Below, in pieces: positions 56,801 to 63,662 of a stretch of 64,000 bases of DNA. The DNA is from an uncultured Acidimicrobiaceae bacterium (lineage in GTDB: Bacteria > Actinomycetota > Acidimicrobiia > Acidimicrobiales > RAAP-2). Every line of letters starts with the position of its first letter. Position 1 is the stretch's first letter. The notes under the pieces were generated by a model. It saw nothing but the letters and a program-made list of their open reading frames with translations. It was not told the DNA's origin and did not search any database. The stretch lies in assembly GCA_963849155.1 (NCBI GenBank), contig CAWKGL010000003.1, forward strand, positions 32,123 through 96,122, read 5' to 3'. A program made the translations under genes and the position numbers.

Positions 56801-59261
56801 TGCCGTTATAGGGCGTCGTCGTCGTCGGTACGACGAGCGTCGCCTGGGCGTTGAGTCCCGCGGTCACGGCCTGAGGTGACGAGGACGACGCGGCGTAGCC
56901 GGTCGCGGCCGGCACCGAAGCGGTGATGTCACACGGCGTCGTGCTCGTGAAGGTAACGATCTGATTGGGCGCGGTGCCGGCGATCGAACAGCCGCCGGTC
57001 ACGCTGAAGGTCGGCGTCGCGCCACTAGAAGAGGTCGCGACGGGCGTGTAGGTGGAATTGACGGTCGGTGATGTCGGCGCCGCTGACGTGATGGTCACGG
57101 TCGGCGTCGCGAGCGTGAAGGTCTGTGCCGACGGGGCCGACGTGGCGGCGCTGTAGGTGCCGTCGCTGGCCTTGGCGGCGGTGACGTTGCAATAACCCGT
57201 CGACGTCGCCATCAGGGTCACGTTATTCGTTCCCGACAGCGAACAGCCTGACGCGGTACTCCCGGCCGCCAGCGCGTAGGTCACGGTACCGGTACCCGAA
57301 CCTCCCGTCGTCGAGAGGTTAACCGTGTAAGAGGTGCCGTTATAGGGCGTCGTCGTCGTCGGCACGACCAGTGTGGCCTGCGAATTGAGGTTCACCGTGA
57401 TCTGATACGCCTGGTAGTTGACGAGGCCGAACGAGTCGGTGACCTGGATCGTGAACGTGCACGTACCCGTGGTACTGGGCGATCCGGAAAGTATGCTGCC
57501 ACTGAGCGAAAGGCCCAACGTCGTCAAACACGACTGTCCTGTCGTGGCGGGTTGAGAGATGGTCCCGGCGGCGCCCGCCACCACGGCGTAGGTGTAGGTC
57601 CCGTTACCGGCGCCTCCGGTGAACGTTTGAGAGTATGCCTGGCCCACTGAACCGCTCGTGAGCGTATAGATAGTCGAGTAGACCGCTTCGTACGGATTGG
57701 TTGTTCCGTTGTTGGGCGATATCTGAGGCGTGTTCGACAGCTCGGTGACCGTGTTGTTCCCTTGCTCGGTCAGCCACACTTCGTTACCGGTCGAAGCGAG
57801 GAAGCGAGGTCCCGCACCGTTCGGCAACGCGATGATCGCCTCGTTGGACGTCGTGCTGACGTTTCCCGCGGTGATCGCACTAATCGGTATCTGCACCATG
57901 TCCGACGTGCCCGACGACGTTCCAGTACCGGCGACCCAGACGTCGGTGCCGTCACTGATGACGCCCTGTGAGACCACGGGGATGCTGAAAGGTGAACCCG
58001 TGATCTGGTTACCGGTCGCCGCGTCCAGCACCCACATCTTCGCGCTGGTGTCACTCGTGATGTAGACGTAACGTCCATCGCTGAAGATTCCGTACGCGCC
58101 GGGAAAGGTGGAGGCTGGGAACTTCGACGCGTTCACGACCGCGCCCGTCGATTCGTTGATCTCCGCGATCGAGCCCGTCCCGTCGCCTCCCTCGGCCACC
58201 CACACGTGGCTCCCGTCACAAGAGACCTGGTTCGCCGACACGTCACTGCCAAGGTTGATTGTCAAGTTCGACGTCGTGCCCCCGACGGGAATCCGGTAGA
58301 GGTTGTTGGCGAAGGTCGAGGACTGTTCGGCCGTCCAGACGTCGGTCCCGTCATCGCAAATGCCGTAGAACTGGTCGTTCGAAGACAGACTGACGAACGA
58401 CGGAGTTCCCGGGGTGTCGGTGGATCCCGAGATCGGCACCTTCTCAACACTGTTGGACCCGCCGAGAAAGAGGTTGATCCAGAGGTAGTTCCCGTCGATG
58501 GCGATGCCGGTTGGATTTCCCGTGAGCGTGATGGTGTGCACGAGCGCGCTCGTCGTGAGGTTGAACGCCTCGACCGTGTCACCGGTGAGACCCGCGACCC
58601 AGACGACGTTGCCATCCGAGGCGACACCAATGGGGTCACCGGGTGCCGAAACCGTGGCGCGCAGCCCCGGGTTGGTCACGGTCCCCGGCCACGTCGCCTG
58701 GGGAATGACGGGATACTGCGACACAACGACCACGTTGGACGACGCACTGACCGCGGTCGTGTCCACCGAGGTCTTCAACGTGAACTGAGAACTCGACAGG
58801 GTCCCCGCCACCGGGTTGGTGAATCCGTAGAGGGCGAACACGCCCGCAGTCGACGCGCTCAATTGACAGCCACTGCCCGCCAAGGTGATGGTCACCGTTG
58901 ACCCGCTCACCACCGCCGTCGGCGCGCAGGTCCCGGTGAATCCCGACACGGTCGCGACGTTGGTTGACGTGGGCATTATCAGTGCCGAGGGGAACGTGAC
59001 GGTGATCGTCGAGCCCAGTGCCGTCGAGATGGTGCCCGCCGGCGTGAAGCCGATGTCGTAGTCGGTGTAGAGACCGGCCGCCGTCGTCGTGGGCGTAAAG
59101 GTCACCGAGGAGACCGACGAGGCCGAGGCGACCGCCTCAAAACCAATAACCGAAACGACCGACGAAACCACAACGACGCTCAGAAGCGTCGCAACGCTCC
59201 TGAAGAAAGCCCGACGAGCCATATTCAGTTGACTACTTTCTTTTCGAATCTTCAGGAACAT
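47862..59261 (-). CDS. Giant secreted repeat protein (3799 aa): signal/TM, beta-propeller, Ig-like repeats, FN3, C-terminal OmpA-like domain
   Basis: Uninterrupted ORF. It has a hydrophobic N-terminus, P.G(IV)A.DG..(VL)W(VI) blades, 15 Thr/Ser-rich units, putative Ig domains (LPAGL, GVISGTPT), FN3 (GDGEVLVTWSAP...YAISVVA) and an OmpA-like C-terminus (FAVGSAAL, ITGYTD, YNLNLGHNRA.SV, RNRNV). An alternative start is at 59222. Confidence 0.9.
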   Translation of the reverse strand: MFLKIRKESSQLNMARRAFFRSVATLLSVVVVSSVVSVIGFEAVASASSVSSVTFTPTTTAAGLYTDYDIGFTPAGTISTALGSTITVTFPSALIMPTSTNVATVSGFTGTCAPTAVVSGSTVTITLAGSGCQLSASTAGVFALYGFTNPVAGTLSSSQFTLKTSVDTTAVSASSNVVVVSQYPVIPQATWPGTVTNPGLRATVSAPGDPIGVASDGNVVWVAGLTGDTVEAFNLTTSALVHTITLTGNPTGIAIDGNYLWINLFLGGSNSVEKVPISGSTDTPGTPSFVSLSSNDQFYGICDDGTDVWTAEQSSTFANNLYRIPVGGTTSNLTINLGSDVSANQVSCDGSHVWVAEGGDGTGSIAEINESTGAVVNASKFPASTFPGAYGIFSDGRYVYITSDTSAKMWVLDAATGNQITGSPFSIPVVSQGVISDGTDVWVAGTGTSSGTSDMVQIPISAITAGNVSTTSNEAIIALPNGAGPRFLASTGNEVWLTEQGNNTVTELSNTPQISPNNGTTNPYEAVYSTIYTLTSGSVGQAYSQTFTGGAGNGTYTYAVVAGAAGTISQPATTGQSCLTTLGLSLSGSILSGSPSTTGTCTFTIQVTDSFGLVNYQAYQITVNLNSQATLVVPTTTTPYNGTSYTVNLSTTGGSGTGTVTYALAAGSTASGCSLSGTNNVTLMATSTGYCNVTAAKASDGTYSAATSAPSAQTFTLATPTVTITSAAPTSPTVNSTYTPVATSSSGATPTFSVTGGCSIAGTAPNQIVTFTSTTPCDITASVPAATGYAASSSSPQAVTAGLNAQATLVVPTTTTPYNGTSFTVTLSTTGGSGTGTVTYALAAGSTASGCSLSGTNNVTLIATSSGYCNVTATKAGDGTYSAATSAPSAQTFTLVTPTVTITSTAPSTPTVGSTYTPAATSSNGVTPIFGVTGGCSIAGTAPNQIVTFTSTTQCNVIASVPAATGYASSSSSPQAITASLNSQSIAVPATSTPYNGSSFTVTLTATGFSGTGTVTYALAAGSTASGCLLSGTNNVTLTATSSGYCNVTATIAADGSYSAATSAPSAQTFTLVTPTVTITSTAPSAPTVGSTYTPIATSSNGATPTFSVTGGCSIAGTAPNQIVTFTSTTPCDITASVPAATGYAASSSSPQAVTAGLNAQATLVVPTTTTPYNGTPYTVTLSTTGGSGTGTVTYALAAGSTASGCLLSGTNYMTLTATSSGYCNVTATKAGDGTYSAATSAPSAQTFTLATPTVTITSTAPSTPTVNSTYTPVATSSSGATPTFSVTGGCSIAGTAPNQVVTFTSSTPCNITASVPASTDYAASSSSPQTVTAGLNTQATLVVPTTTTPYNGTAFTVTLSTTGGSGTGTVTYALAAGSTASGCSLSGTNNVTLIATSSGYCNVTATKAGDGTYSAATSAPSAQTFTLVTPTVTITSTAPTSPTVNSTYTPVATSSSGVTPTFSVTGGCSIAGTAPKQVVTFTSTTPCDITASVPASMGYAASSSSPQAVTAGLNTQATLVVPTTTTPYNGTAFTVTLSTTGGSGTGTVTYALAAGSSASGCALSGTNYMTLIATSTGYCNVTATKAGDGTYGAATSAPSAQTFTLATPTVTITSSAPTSPTVNSTYTPVATSSNGATPTFSVTGGCSIAGTAPNQIVTFTSTTPCDITASVPASTGYAASSSSPQAVTAGLNTQATLVVPTTTTPYNGTSFTVTLSTTGGSGTGGVMYVLANGSTASGCSISSSTLIATSTGYCNVTATKAGDGTYGAATSAPSAQTFTLATPTVTITSTAPSAPTVNSTYTPVATSSSGATPTFSVTGGCSIAGTAPNQVVTFTSTTPCNITATVPATTGYNGSSSSPQTVTAGLNTQSISVPTTSTPYNGSAYSVTLTASGFSGTGGIMYVLANGSTASGCSISSSTLIATSTGYCNVTATIAADGTYGAATSAPSAQTFTLATPTVTITSSAPISPTVNSTYTPVATSSSGVTPTFSVTGGCSIAGTAPNQVVTFTSTTPCDITASVPASTGYAASSSSPQAVTAGLNTQATLVVPTTTTPYNGTSFTVTLSTTGGSGTGGVMYVLANGSTASGCSISSSTLIATSTGYCNVTATKAGDGTYGAATSAPSAQTFTLATPTVTITSTAPSAPTVNSTYTPVATSSSGATPTFSVTGGCSIAGTAPNQIVTFTSSTPCNITASVPASTDYAASSSSPQTVTAGLDSQTISVPTTSTAYNGSAYSVTLTASGFSGTGAVNYTVVAGGTASGCTISNSTLQATSSGYCNVTATIAADGTYSAATSSPSAQTFTLATPTVTITSTAPTSPTVNSNYTPVATSSSGVTPTFSVTGGCSIAGTAPDQVVTFTSTTPCAITASVPASTDYAASSSSPQTVTAGLDSQTISVPTSSTPYNGSAYSVTLTSIGFSGTGAVYYTVVAGGTASGCTISNSTLQATSSGYCNVTATIAADGTYLSATSTPSAQTFTQATPTVSFTSTQPSSPTIGSTYTPTAVSSAGLPVTFGVSGGCTLNGGVVTFTSATPCVIMASTPVTPNYFAALATPSQTTTAVVNSQSTLVVPSTSTPFNGTTYTVTLSSTGGSGTGMVTYALANNSTATQCSIDNSTLTATTYGVCYVTATKAGDGTYGAVTSAPSAQTFTQATPTVSFTSTQPSSPTIGSTYTPTAISSAGLPVTFGVSGGCSLSGGVVTFTSTTPCVVMASTQVTPNYFAALASPPQTITAGLSSQSITVPATTTDYDGTGFSVTLTSSGYSGTGMVSYTLANGSTASGCSISQATLIATSPGYCNVTATITADSTYNTATSAPSAQTFDLATPTVTITSTAPSLPTTNSTYTPVATSSSGVTPVFSVTGGCSISGVAPSQVVTFTSSTPCDITASVPAATGYNAASSSPQTVTAGLTSQTISVPTTSTVYNGATFTVNLTSSGYSGTGMISYALASSPLGTASGCSVSGATLIATSSGTCFVTATITADSMYSATTSAASAQTFTQATPTVSFTSTPSSSPTIGSTYTPTAVSSAGLPVTYSVSGGCSLSGGVVTFTSTTPCNITASSMATSGYAAASSSPQTFSAGLNTQAITVPATTTAFNGVTYTVILTSSGFSGTGAVNYTVVAGGTASGCTVSISTLQATSSGTCDVTATIAADSTYATATSATSVQTFILATPTVTITSSVPSSPAINSTYTPVATSSSGATPDFSVTGGCSIAGVAPSQVVTFTSSTPCAVTASVPQSGGYNAASSSPQTITPGSSGGGGGGGGSPSTPVISTLSLPSTVTGAVYAAPINETGGVAPFVWTATGLPAGLSIDATGDIVGTVSAPAGSYSVTVTVSDSNGARASQGYTLVVGTGLVVANATLPNATVGQSYNEPLTEQGGTGTSSWACAGLPAGLTCSTGGVISGTPTVSGTFNVTLTVNNGGQSATVTLPLTVNASSTSGLVSNLSALPGDGEVLVTWSAPSGATSSQGLSYTVTLSPGAATCTTSTTSCLIEGLTNGTPYAISVVATTTSPAATSAASTLTNEVPTPNPIVAGPSGTGVVATTLSTQLSPGLASATQLNGSTTTASVAVGNTDIVVSGAGLSMTISASSTVSTPTGFTIVLVQGGTAHVSGSGFYPGSLVDVYLAPGSTLLGAVRVGPNGTYLANLAIPSTISAGDHTLLSQGYVKSGKRASESVGVVVDSSNEAFLLLFPFAVGSAALTPTMQSQIRTFAAKLKAIGATSIVITGYTDIAGGAAYNLNLGHNRALSVELYLQTVLIADGVTTSIKMTTLSLGSTAPAASNNTLAGRARNRNVTVMATLL
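49520..57390 (-). repeat. 15 intragenic tandem repeats of about 520-534 bp (about 175 aa)
   Basis: The anchor CGATCGAACAGC recurs at 52220, 52742, 53267, 53789, 54314, 54848, 55382, 55916, 56447 and 56981 (spacing 522-534 bp). Five more diverged units lie near 49630-51700. The TPTV(T/S)(I/F)TS motif occurs 15 times. Boundaries are approximate. Confidence 0.92.
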
Positions 59262-59382
59262 TTTGTACAGGAAAAATGTCCCCCAGATAGTAGCAATGAA
59301 TAAAGTTCATTCAGCGGACCCTGAGTAAATGGCCGTGACGCCAGTGTCCTGGGCTGGGAATTTGACAAAATAGCTATGAAAT

Positions 59383-60579
59383 CTAACTCTTTGGGACGTC
59401 CTTCCACGGTACGTCCTTGTCGTTACGCGGCTCGCCCGGTAATCCGAGGACGCGTTCACCAATGATGTTGCGCATCACTTCACTGGTACCGCCCTCGATG
59501 GAATTGGCCCTCATGCGGAGAAAGGCCTTGCGCATGTCGCCGCCGGTCATCGCCGCCTCGACTGGTCGCACCTGGGGATAGGTCGAGCCGTAGAGCATGC
59601 CGTCGGCACCCATCAGGTTCACGCAGAGTTCTGAGGTCCGTTGGTTCTCCTCGGCGAAGGCTAACTTCGCGACCGAACCCTCCGGCCCGGGCGTGCCAGC
59701 CTTGCGCAGGTCACTCGCGCGCCAATTGGTGAGTCGCCCCACCTCGTTGCGCACCCAGGCCTGCATCAGTTCGGAACGAACGCTCATCGCGTAGGCGTCG
59801 CTGCGACCCGACCAGTGCTGCTTCCAGATCTTGAGGGCCTCGCCAATGAGTCCCCAGCCGCGCGGCGGCACGGTACCGCCGATGGACACACGCTCGTTCA
59901 TCAAGGTCGTGATCGACACGTTCCAGCCTTCCCCGACGCCGCCCAGTCGAAGGGTGTCGGGAATCCTGACTTCGCTGAAGAAGCATTCGTTGAATTCCGC
60001 CTCGCCAGTCGCCTGGTAGAGGGGACGCACGTCGACGCCGGGGGCGTGCATGTCCACGATGAACGCGGTGATGCCCTTGTGCTTGGCCACGTCGGGGTTC
60101 GTGCGTGCGATCAGCAGCCCGTAGGCCGCCCGGTGGGCCAGCGTCGTCCACACCTTCTGACCCGTCACGATCCATTCGTCACCGTCACGTTCGGCGCGGG
60201 TGGCGAGGGTCGCGACGTCAGAGCCCGCACCCGGCTCGGAGAAGAGCTGGCACCAAACCTCCTCACCCGTGAACAGCGGCCGCAGGAATCGCTGCTTCTG
60301 CTCGTTCGTGCCGTGAGCCACGATGGTCGGCGCGCACATGCCGTAACCAATGGGGTTTCGACCCATCGTGTTGGGTGCGCCCAGCGCGGTCAGTCGCCGC
60401 AGCGCGTAGAGCTGCTCGGCGGGCGAGGCACCCAGACCACCTTGGCCGACGGGGAAGTGCACCCAGGCGAGTCCGCGGTCGAATTGGGCGCCGAGGAACA
60501 CCACCGGCTCGGTCGTCGCGGGTGGGAACTCACGCACCAGGTCGTCAATCAATTGGTCAAGTTCGGCTTCAGTGGTCAC
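59383..60579 (-). CDS. Acyl-CoA dehydrogenase family protein
   Basis: WCQLFSEPGAGSDVA, VTGQKVWT, EFNECFF, GWNVSITTLMNER and IEGGTSEVMRNIIGERVLGLP. Confidence 0.93.
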   Translation of the reverse strand: MTTEAELDQLIDDLVREFPPATTEPVVFLGAQFDRGLAWVHFPVGQGGLGASPAEQLYALRRLTALGAPNTMGRNPIGYGMCAPTIVAHGTNEQKQRFLRPLFTGEEVWCQLFSEPGAGSDVATLATRAERDGDEWIVTGQKVWTTLAHRAAYGLLIARTNPDVAKHKGITAFIVDMHAPGVDVRPLYQATGEAEFNECFFSEVRIPDTLRLGGVGEGWNVSITTLMNERVSIGGTVPPRGWGLIGEALKIWKQHWSGRSDAYAMSVRSELMQAWVRNEVGRLTNWRASDLRKAGTPGPEGSVAKLAFAEENQRTSELCVNLMGADGMLYGSTYPQVRPVEAAMTGGDMRKAFLRMRANSIEGGTSEVMRNIIGERVLGLPGEPRNDKDVPWKDVPKS

Positions 60580-60664
60580 GGACGCTCCTCAACGGTCATT
60601 GCACGAAATACTAGGCACGACGCCGTACGGGCCCGTGACGGGTCCCGCCTACTAGAAAGGGTCG

Positions 60665-61402
60665 ATGAAAACTCCACGAATCCTCGCCACCTCGGGCGGC
60701 TACGTCGCCGGACCGGTCCAGCAGTCGGTTCGCCTGGGATCGATGCTGCTCGACGCGCTCGAACTGACGGGCAAGGTCCGTCCCCGCGTCTGTCTGGTGC
60801 TCACCGCCACGGGTGATCCGTCGATGTACTACGCGATGTCCTACGAGGCGTTCAACGCCGCAGGCTGTGACGTGACCGAACTGAAGTTGTTCCCCCAGCC
60901 CTCGGCCGAGCCCGAAGAGCGTCTGTGCTCGAGTGACCTCGTGTGGGTGGGCGGCGGATCGGTGGCGAATCTCTTGGCTCTGTGGAGGCTGCACGGCGTC
61001 GACGACGCGATGCGAGAGGCCTGGACGCGCGGCGTGATCCTCGGTGGCGTCTCGGCGGGCAGTCTGTGCTGGCACGTCGGAGGCACGACGGACTCGTTCG
61101 GGCCCACGCTGCAGCCGGTCACGAACGGACTCGCCCTGCTCCCGTACGCGAACGGCGTGCACTACGACTCCGAAGAGCAACGACGACCGTTGCTGCATCA
61201 GCTGGTGCGAGACCAGGTACTGCCGCCGCTCGCTTACGCGACCGACGACCACGTCGGGATCTGGTACGAGGGACTCGAAGCGACGTCGGTCGTCGCGGAC
61301 TCGGCCACCGATGCAAACGCGGGACCCGCCGCCTACAAGGTGGAACTCGTCGACGGCGAGGTCCGCGAGACCCGTTACGGCGTCGGCACCAGTTTCTCTT
61401 AG
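60665..61402 (+). CDS. Peptidase E (S51 family)
   Basis: WVGGGSVANL, GVSAGS (nucleophile) and GVHYD. Confidence 0.88.
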   Translation: MKTPRILATSGGYVAGPVQQSVRLGSMLLDALELTGKVRPRVCLVLTATGDPSMYYAMSYEAFNAAGCDVTELKLFPQPSAEPEERLCSSDLVWVGGGSVANLLALWRLHGVDDAMREAWTRGVILGGVSAGSLCWHVGGTTDSFGPTLQPVTNGLALLPYANGVHYDSEEQRRPLLHQLVRDQVLPPLAYATDDHVGIWYEGLEATSVVADSATDANAGPAAYKVELVDGEVRETRYGVGTSFS

Positions 61403-62061
61403 CGCGCGGCGGGAAGCGTCGCGCGTACCGCGTCCATCGCGGCGTTGAGCGCGACCGCCCTGTCCAGAGCCTCAGTGGATCCGCACGTCACCAGCCAATT
61501 GGCGAGCAAGAGGTAGCCGTCCTGGGTGAGTACGGATTCGGGGTGGAACTGGACCCCTTCGAGGGGCAGCTCGCGGTGGCGCATACCCATCACGAGGTTT
61601 CCCGAGCGCGCGGTGACCTCGAAGTCATTGCTCAGCGTGTCCTCCTTGACGACCAGCGAGTGGTACCGACCCGCGGTGAGTGGCGACGGCGCGCCGGCAA
61701 AGACCCCGCGGCCTTCGTGCTCCACGAGGGTCGAGCGGCCGTGCACGAGCTCGGGCGCGGCGACGACTTCGGCCCCGAAGGCTTCGCCGAGCGCTTGGTG
61801 TCCGAGGCACACCCCGAACATCGCCACACGGTGTTCGGCGCAGTACTGGATGATCGACACGCAGTGGCCCGCGTCGCGAGGATGACCGGGTCCGGGCGAG
61901 ATGAGCACGCCGTCGACGTTCGCTCCCGCGAGGTCGTTCACGCTCACCTCGTCATTACGGGCGACCTGGACCGCAGCGCCAAGTTCGCCGAGGTACTGGA
62001 CCAGGTTGTAGACGAACGAGTCGTAATTGTCCACGACGAGGATTGACGGGCTTGACGCCAT
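61399..62061 (-). CDS. trpG: Anthranilate/aminodeoxychorismate synthase component II (glutamine amidotransferase)
   Basis: VDNYDSFVYNLVQY, SPGPG, GVCLGHQ, RYHSL and GVQFHPES. Confidence 0.92.
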   Translation of the reverse strand: MASSPSILVVDNYDSFVYNLVQYLGELGAAVQVARNDEVSVNDLAGANVDGVLISPGPGHPRDAGHCVSIIQYCAEHRVAMFGVCLGHQALGEAFGAEVVAAPELVHGRSTLVEHEGRGVFAGAPSPLTAGRYHSLVVKEDTLSNDFEVTARSGNLVMGMRHRELPLEGVQFHPESVLTQDGYLLLANWLVTCGSTEALDRAVALNAAMDAVRATLPAAR

Positions 62062-62107
62062 CCACCAATCCTACGGTCCCCCGTCGCGGACTTACTAACC
62101 TTTGTGA

Positions 62108-63616
62108 ATGGAGAGCCGCAACCTGAGTGACTTTCTTTCACGCGTGAAAAGTGGGTTCAACGTCATCCCCGTGTACGAGACGTTGCAGCTCGACCGCGAG
62201 ACGCCCGTCTCGCTCTACCAACGATTCAGCGGCGGCCGAGCACTCTTCCTGCTCGAGAGCGCGGCCTTGGGTGAGGAGACCGGCCGCTATTCGTTCATCG
62301 GTCTGGACCGCGTGTGGCGCGTTCGTGCCGTCGACGGCACGACGTCGGTCGAGGGTATCTCCTTTGAACCAGTTCACGGTCCGCTCGAAACGCTGCGCGC
62401 GATTCTTGGGGGCTATCGCACCTTCGTGCCCGACGACTTGCCGGACTTCTTCGGCGGCCCGGTCGGTTACGTGGCCTACGACTACGTGCGACGTCTCGAA
62501 CGACTGCCCAAGGAACCGGTGCACGACATGTGGCCCGACGCGGACTTCTCGTTTCCGGGCGTCACCTTGATCTGTGACCACCTCCGTCATTCGACGACCG
62601 TCGTCGTCAACGCCGTGGTGGACTCGCACGGCGACCCCACTTCGGTCTTTCACGACGCGCTCGAGCGACTCGACGAGATCATCGACGTACTGGTGGCGCC
62701 CGCTCCCGAGACCGATCCCGACACCGAGCGACTGGTCGCGACCGCCCCGAGTGTTCGCCACGAGATCCAGATCCGCCCCCTCGCCGCGGGACTCTCCAAC
62801 TTCACCAAAGAGCACTACGGCCAGACCGTCGAACGCGCCAAGGAGTACATCCGAAGTGGCGACGTCTTCCAGGTCGTGCCCAGTCAACAGTTCCGTCGAG
62901 CGACGCGCGTGAACCCGCTCACGCTGTACCGGGTACTGCGAGCCCTCAATCCCTCGCCCTACATGTACCTGCTCGACAGCGGCGATCACCAGATCGTCGG
63001 CGCCTCACCTGAGATGTTGGTGCGCGTCCATCGGCGAGTCGTGAGCACGCGACCGATCGCCGGGACTCGCCAACGCGGCGCCACCGACGCCGAGGACCGT
63101 GCGCTCGAGACCGAGATCCTTCGTGACGAGAAGGAGATCGCCGAACACGTGATGCTCGTCGACCTCGGTCGAAACGACATCGGGCGCGTGGCGGAACCGG
63201 GGACTGTGCGCGTGGAACGGCTCGCGCACGTGGAGCGTTTCTCGCACCTCATGCATCTGGTCTCCCAGGTCAGCGGCGAGCTTCGAGAGGGTCTGGACGC
63301 CTTTGACGCCTTCGACGCCCTGTTCCCCGCGGGCACGCTCACGGGCGCACCGAAGGTGCGCGCGATGGAGCTGATCGACGAGTTCGAACCGGTCCACCGC
63401 GGCCCCTACGGCGGTGCCGTGGGCTACTTCTCCCTGAGCGGTGACGCCGACTTTGCGATCACCATTCGCACGGTGTCGATCCGCAACGGCTTCGCCACCG
63501 TGCAGGCGGGCGGCGGGGTCGTCGCCGATAGTCAACCCGCCTTCGAATACGAGGAGTGCATCAACAAGGCCTCCGCGCCGCTGCTCGCGCTCGAGATCGC
63601 CGACCCGTCGCGCTGA
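62108..63616 (+). CDS. trpE: Anthranilate synthase component I
   Basis: FLLES and NPSPYMY (Trp-feedback-type motifs), [40 protein letters not shown] and RGPYGG. Confidence 0.88.
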   Translation: MESRNLSDFLSRVKSGFNVIPVYETLQLDRETPVSLYQRFSGGRALFLLESAALGEETGRYSFIGLDRVWRVRAVDGTTSVEGISFEPVHGPLETLRAILGGYRTFVPDDLPDFFGGPVGYVAYDYVRRLERLPKEPVHDMWPDADFSFPGVTLICDHLRHSTTVVVNAVVDSHGDPTSVFHDALERLDEIIDVLVAPAPETDPDTERLVATAPSVRHEIQIRPLAAGLSNFTKEHYGQTVERAKEYIRSGDVFQVVPSQQFRRATRVNPLTLYRVLRALNPSPYMYLLDSGDHQIVGASPEMLVRVHRRVVSTRPIAGTRQRGATDAEDRALETEILRDEKEIAEHVMLVDLGRNDIGRVAEPGTVRVERLAHVERFSHLMHLVSQVSGELREGLDAFDAFDALFPAGTLTGAPKVRAMELIDEFEPVHRGPYGGAVGYFSLSGDADFAITIRTVSIRNGFATVQAGGGVVADSQPAFEYEECINKASAPLLALEIADPSR

Positions 63617-63662
63617 CCGTGGGCTGCAGTGCCCACGTATGCTGAACTGTCGGGAGGTGAGC

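Noticed and set aside
49520-57390. Possible CRISPR array or mobile-element repeats
   Set aside because: The units are ~530 bp, in frame, and have no unique spacers or cas genes. They are coding tandem repeats.
59262-59382. Riboswitch (for example c-di-GMP) upstream of the giant surface protein
   Set aside because: I saw no recognisable aptamer motifs, and the likely promoter leaves only a ~20-nt leader.
59362-59390. Perfect TTGACA on the + strand pointing antisense into the acyl-CoA dehydrogenase
   Set aside because: There is no convincing TANNNT at 16-18 nt spacing, and such hexamers are expected by chance in an AT-rich gap.
60627-60636. Palindrome ACGGGCCCGT between the acyl-CoA dehydrogenase and peptidase E genes
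   Set aside because: A GC-rich 10-mer palindrome is likely by chance, and there is no supporting context.
63617-63662. Cobalamin riboswitch upstream of methylmalonyl-CoA mutase
   Set aside because: Only 46 bp are available, holding a -10-like TATGCT and an SD.
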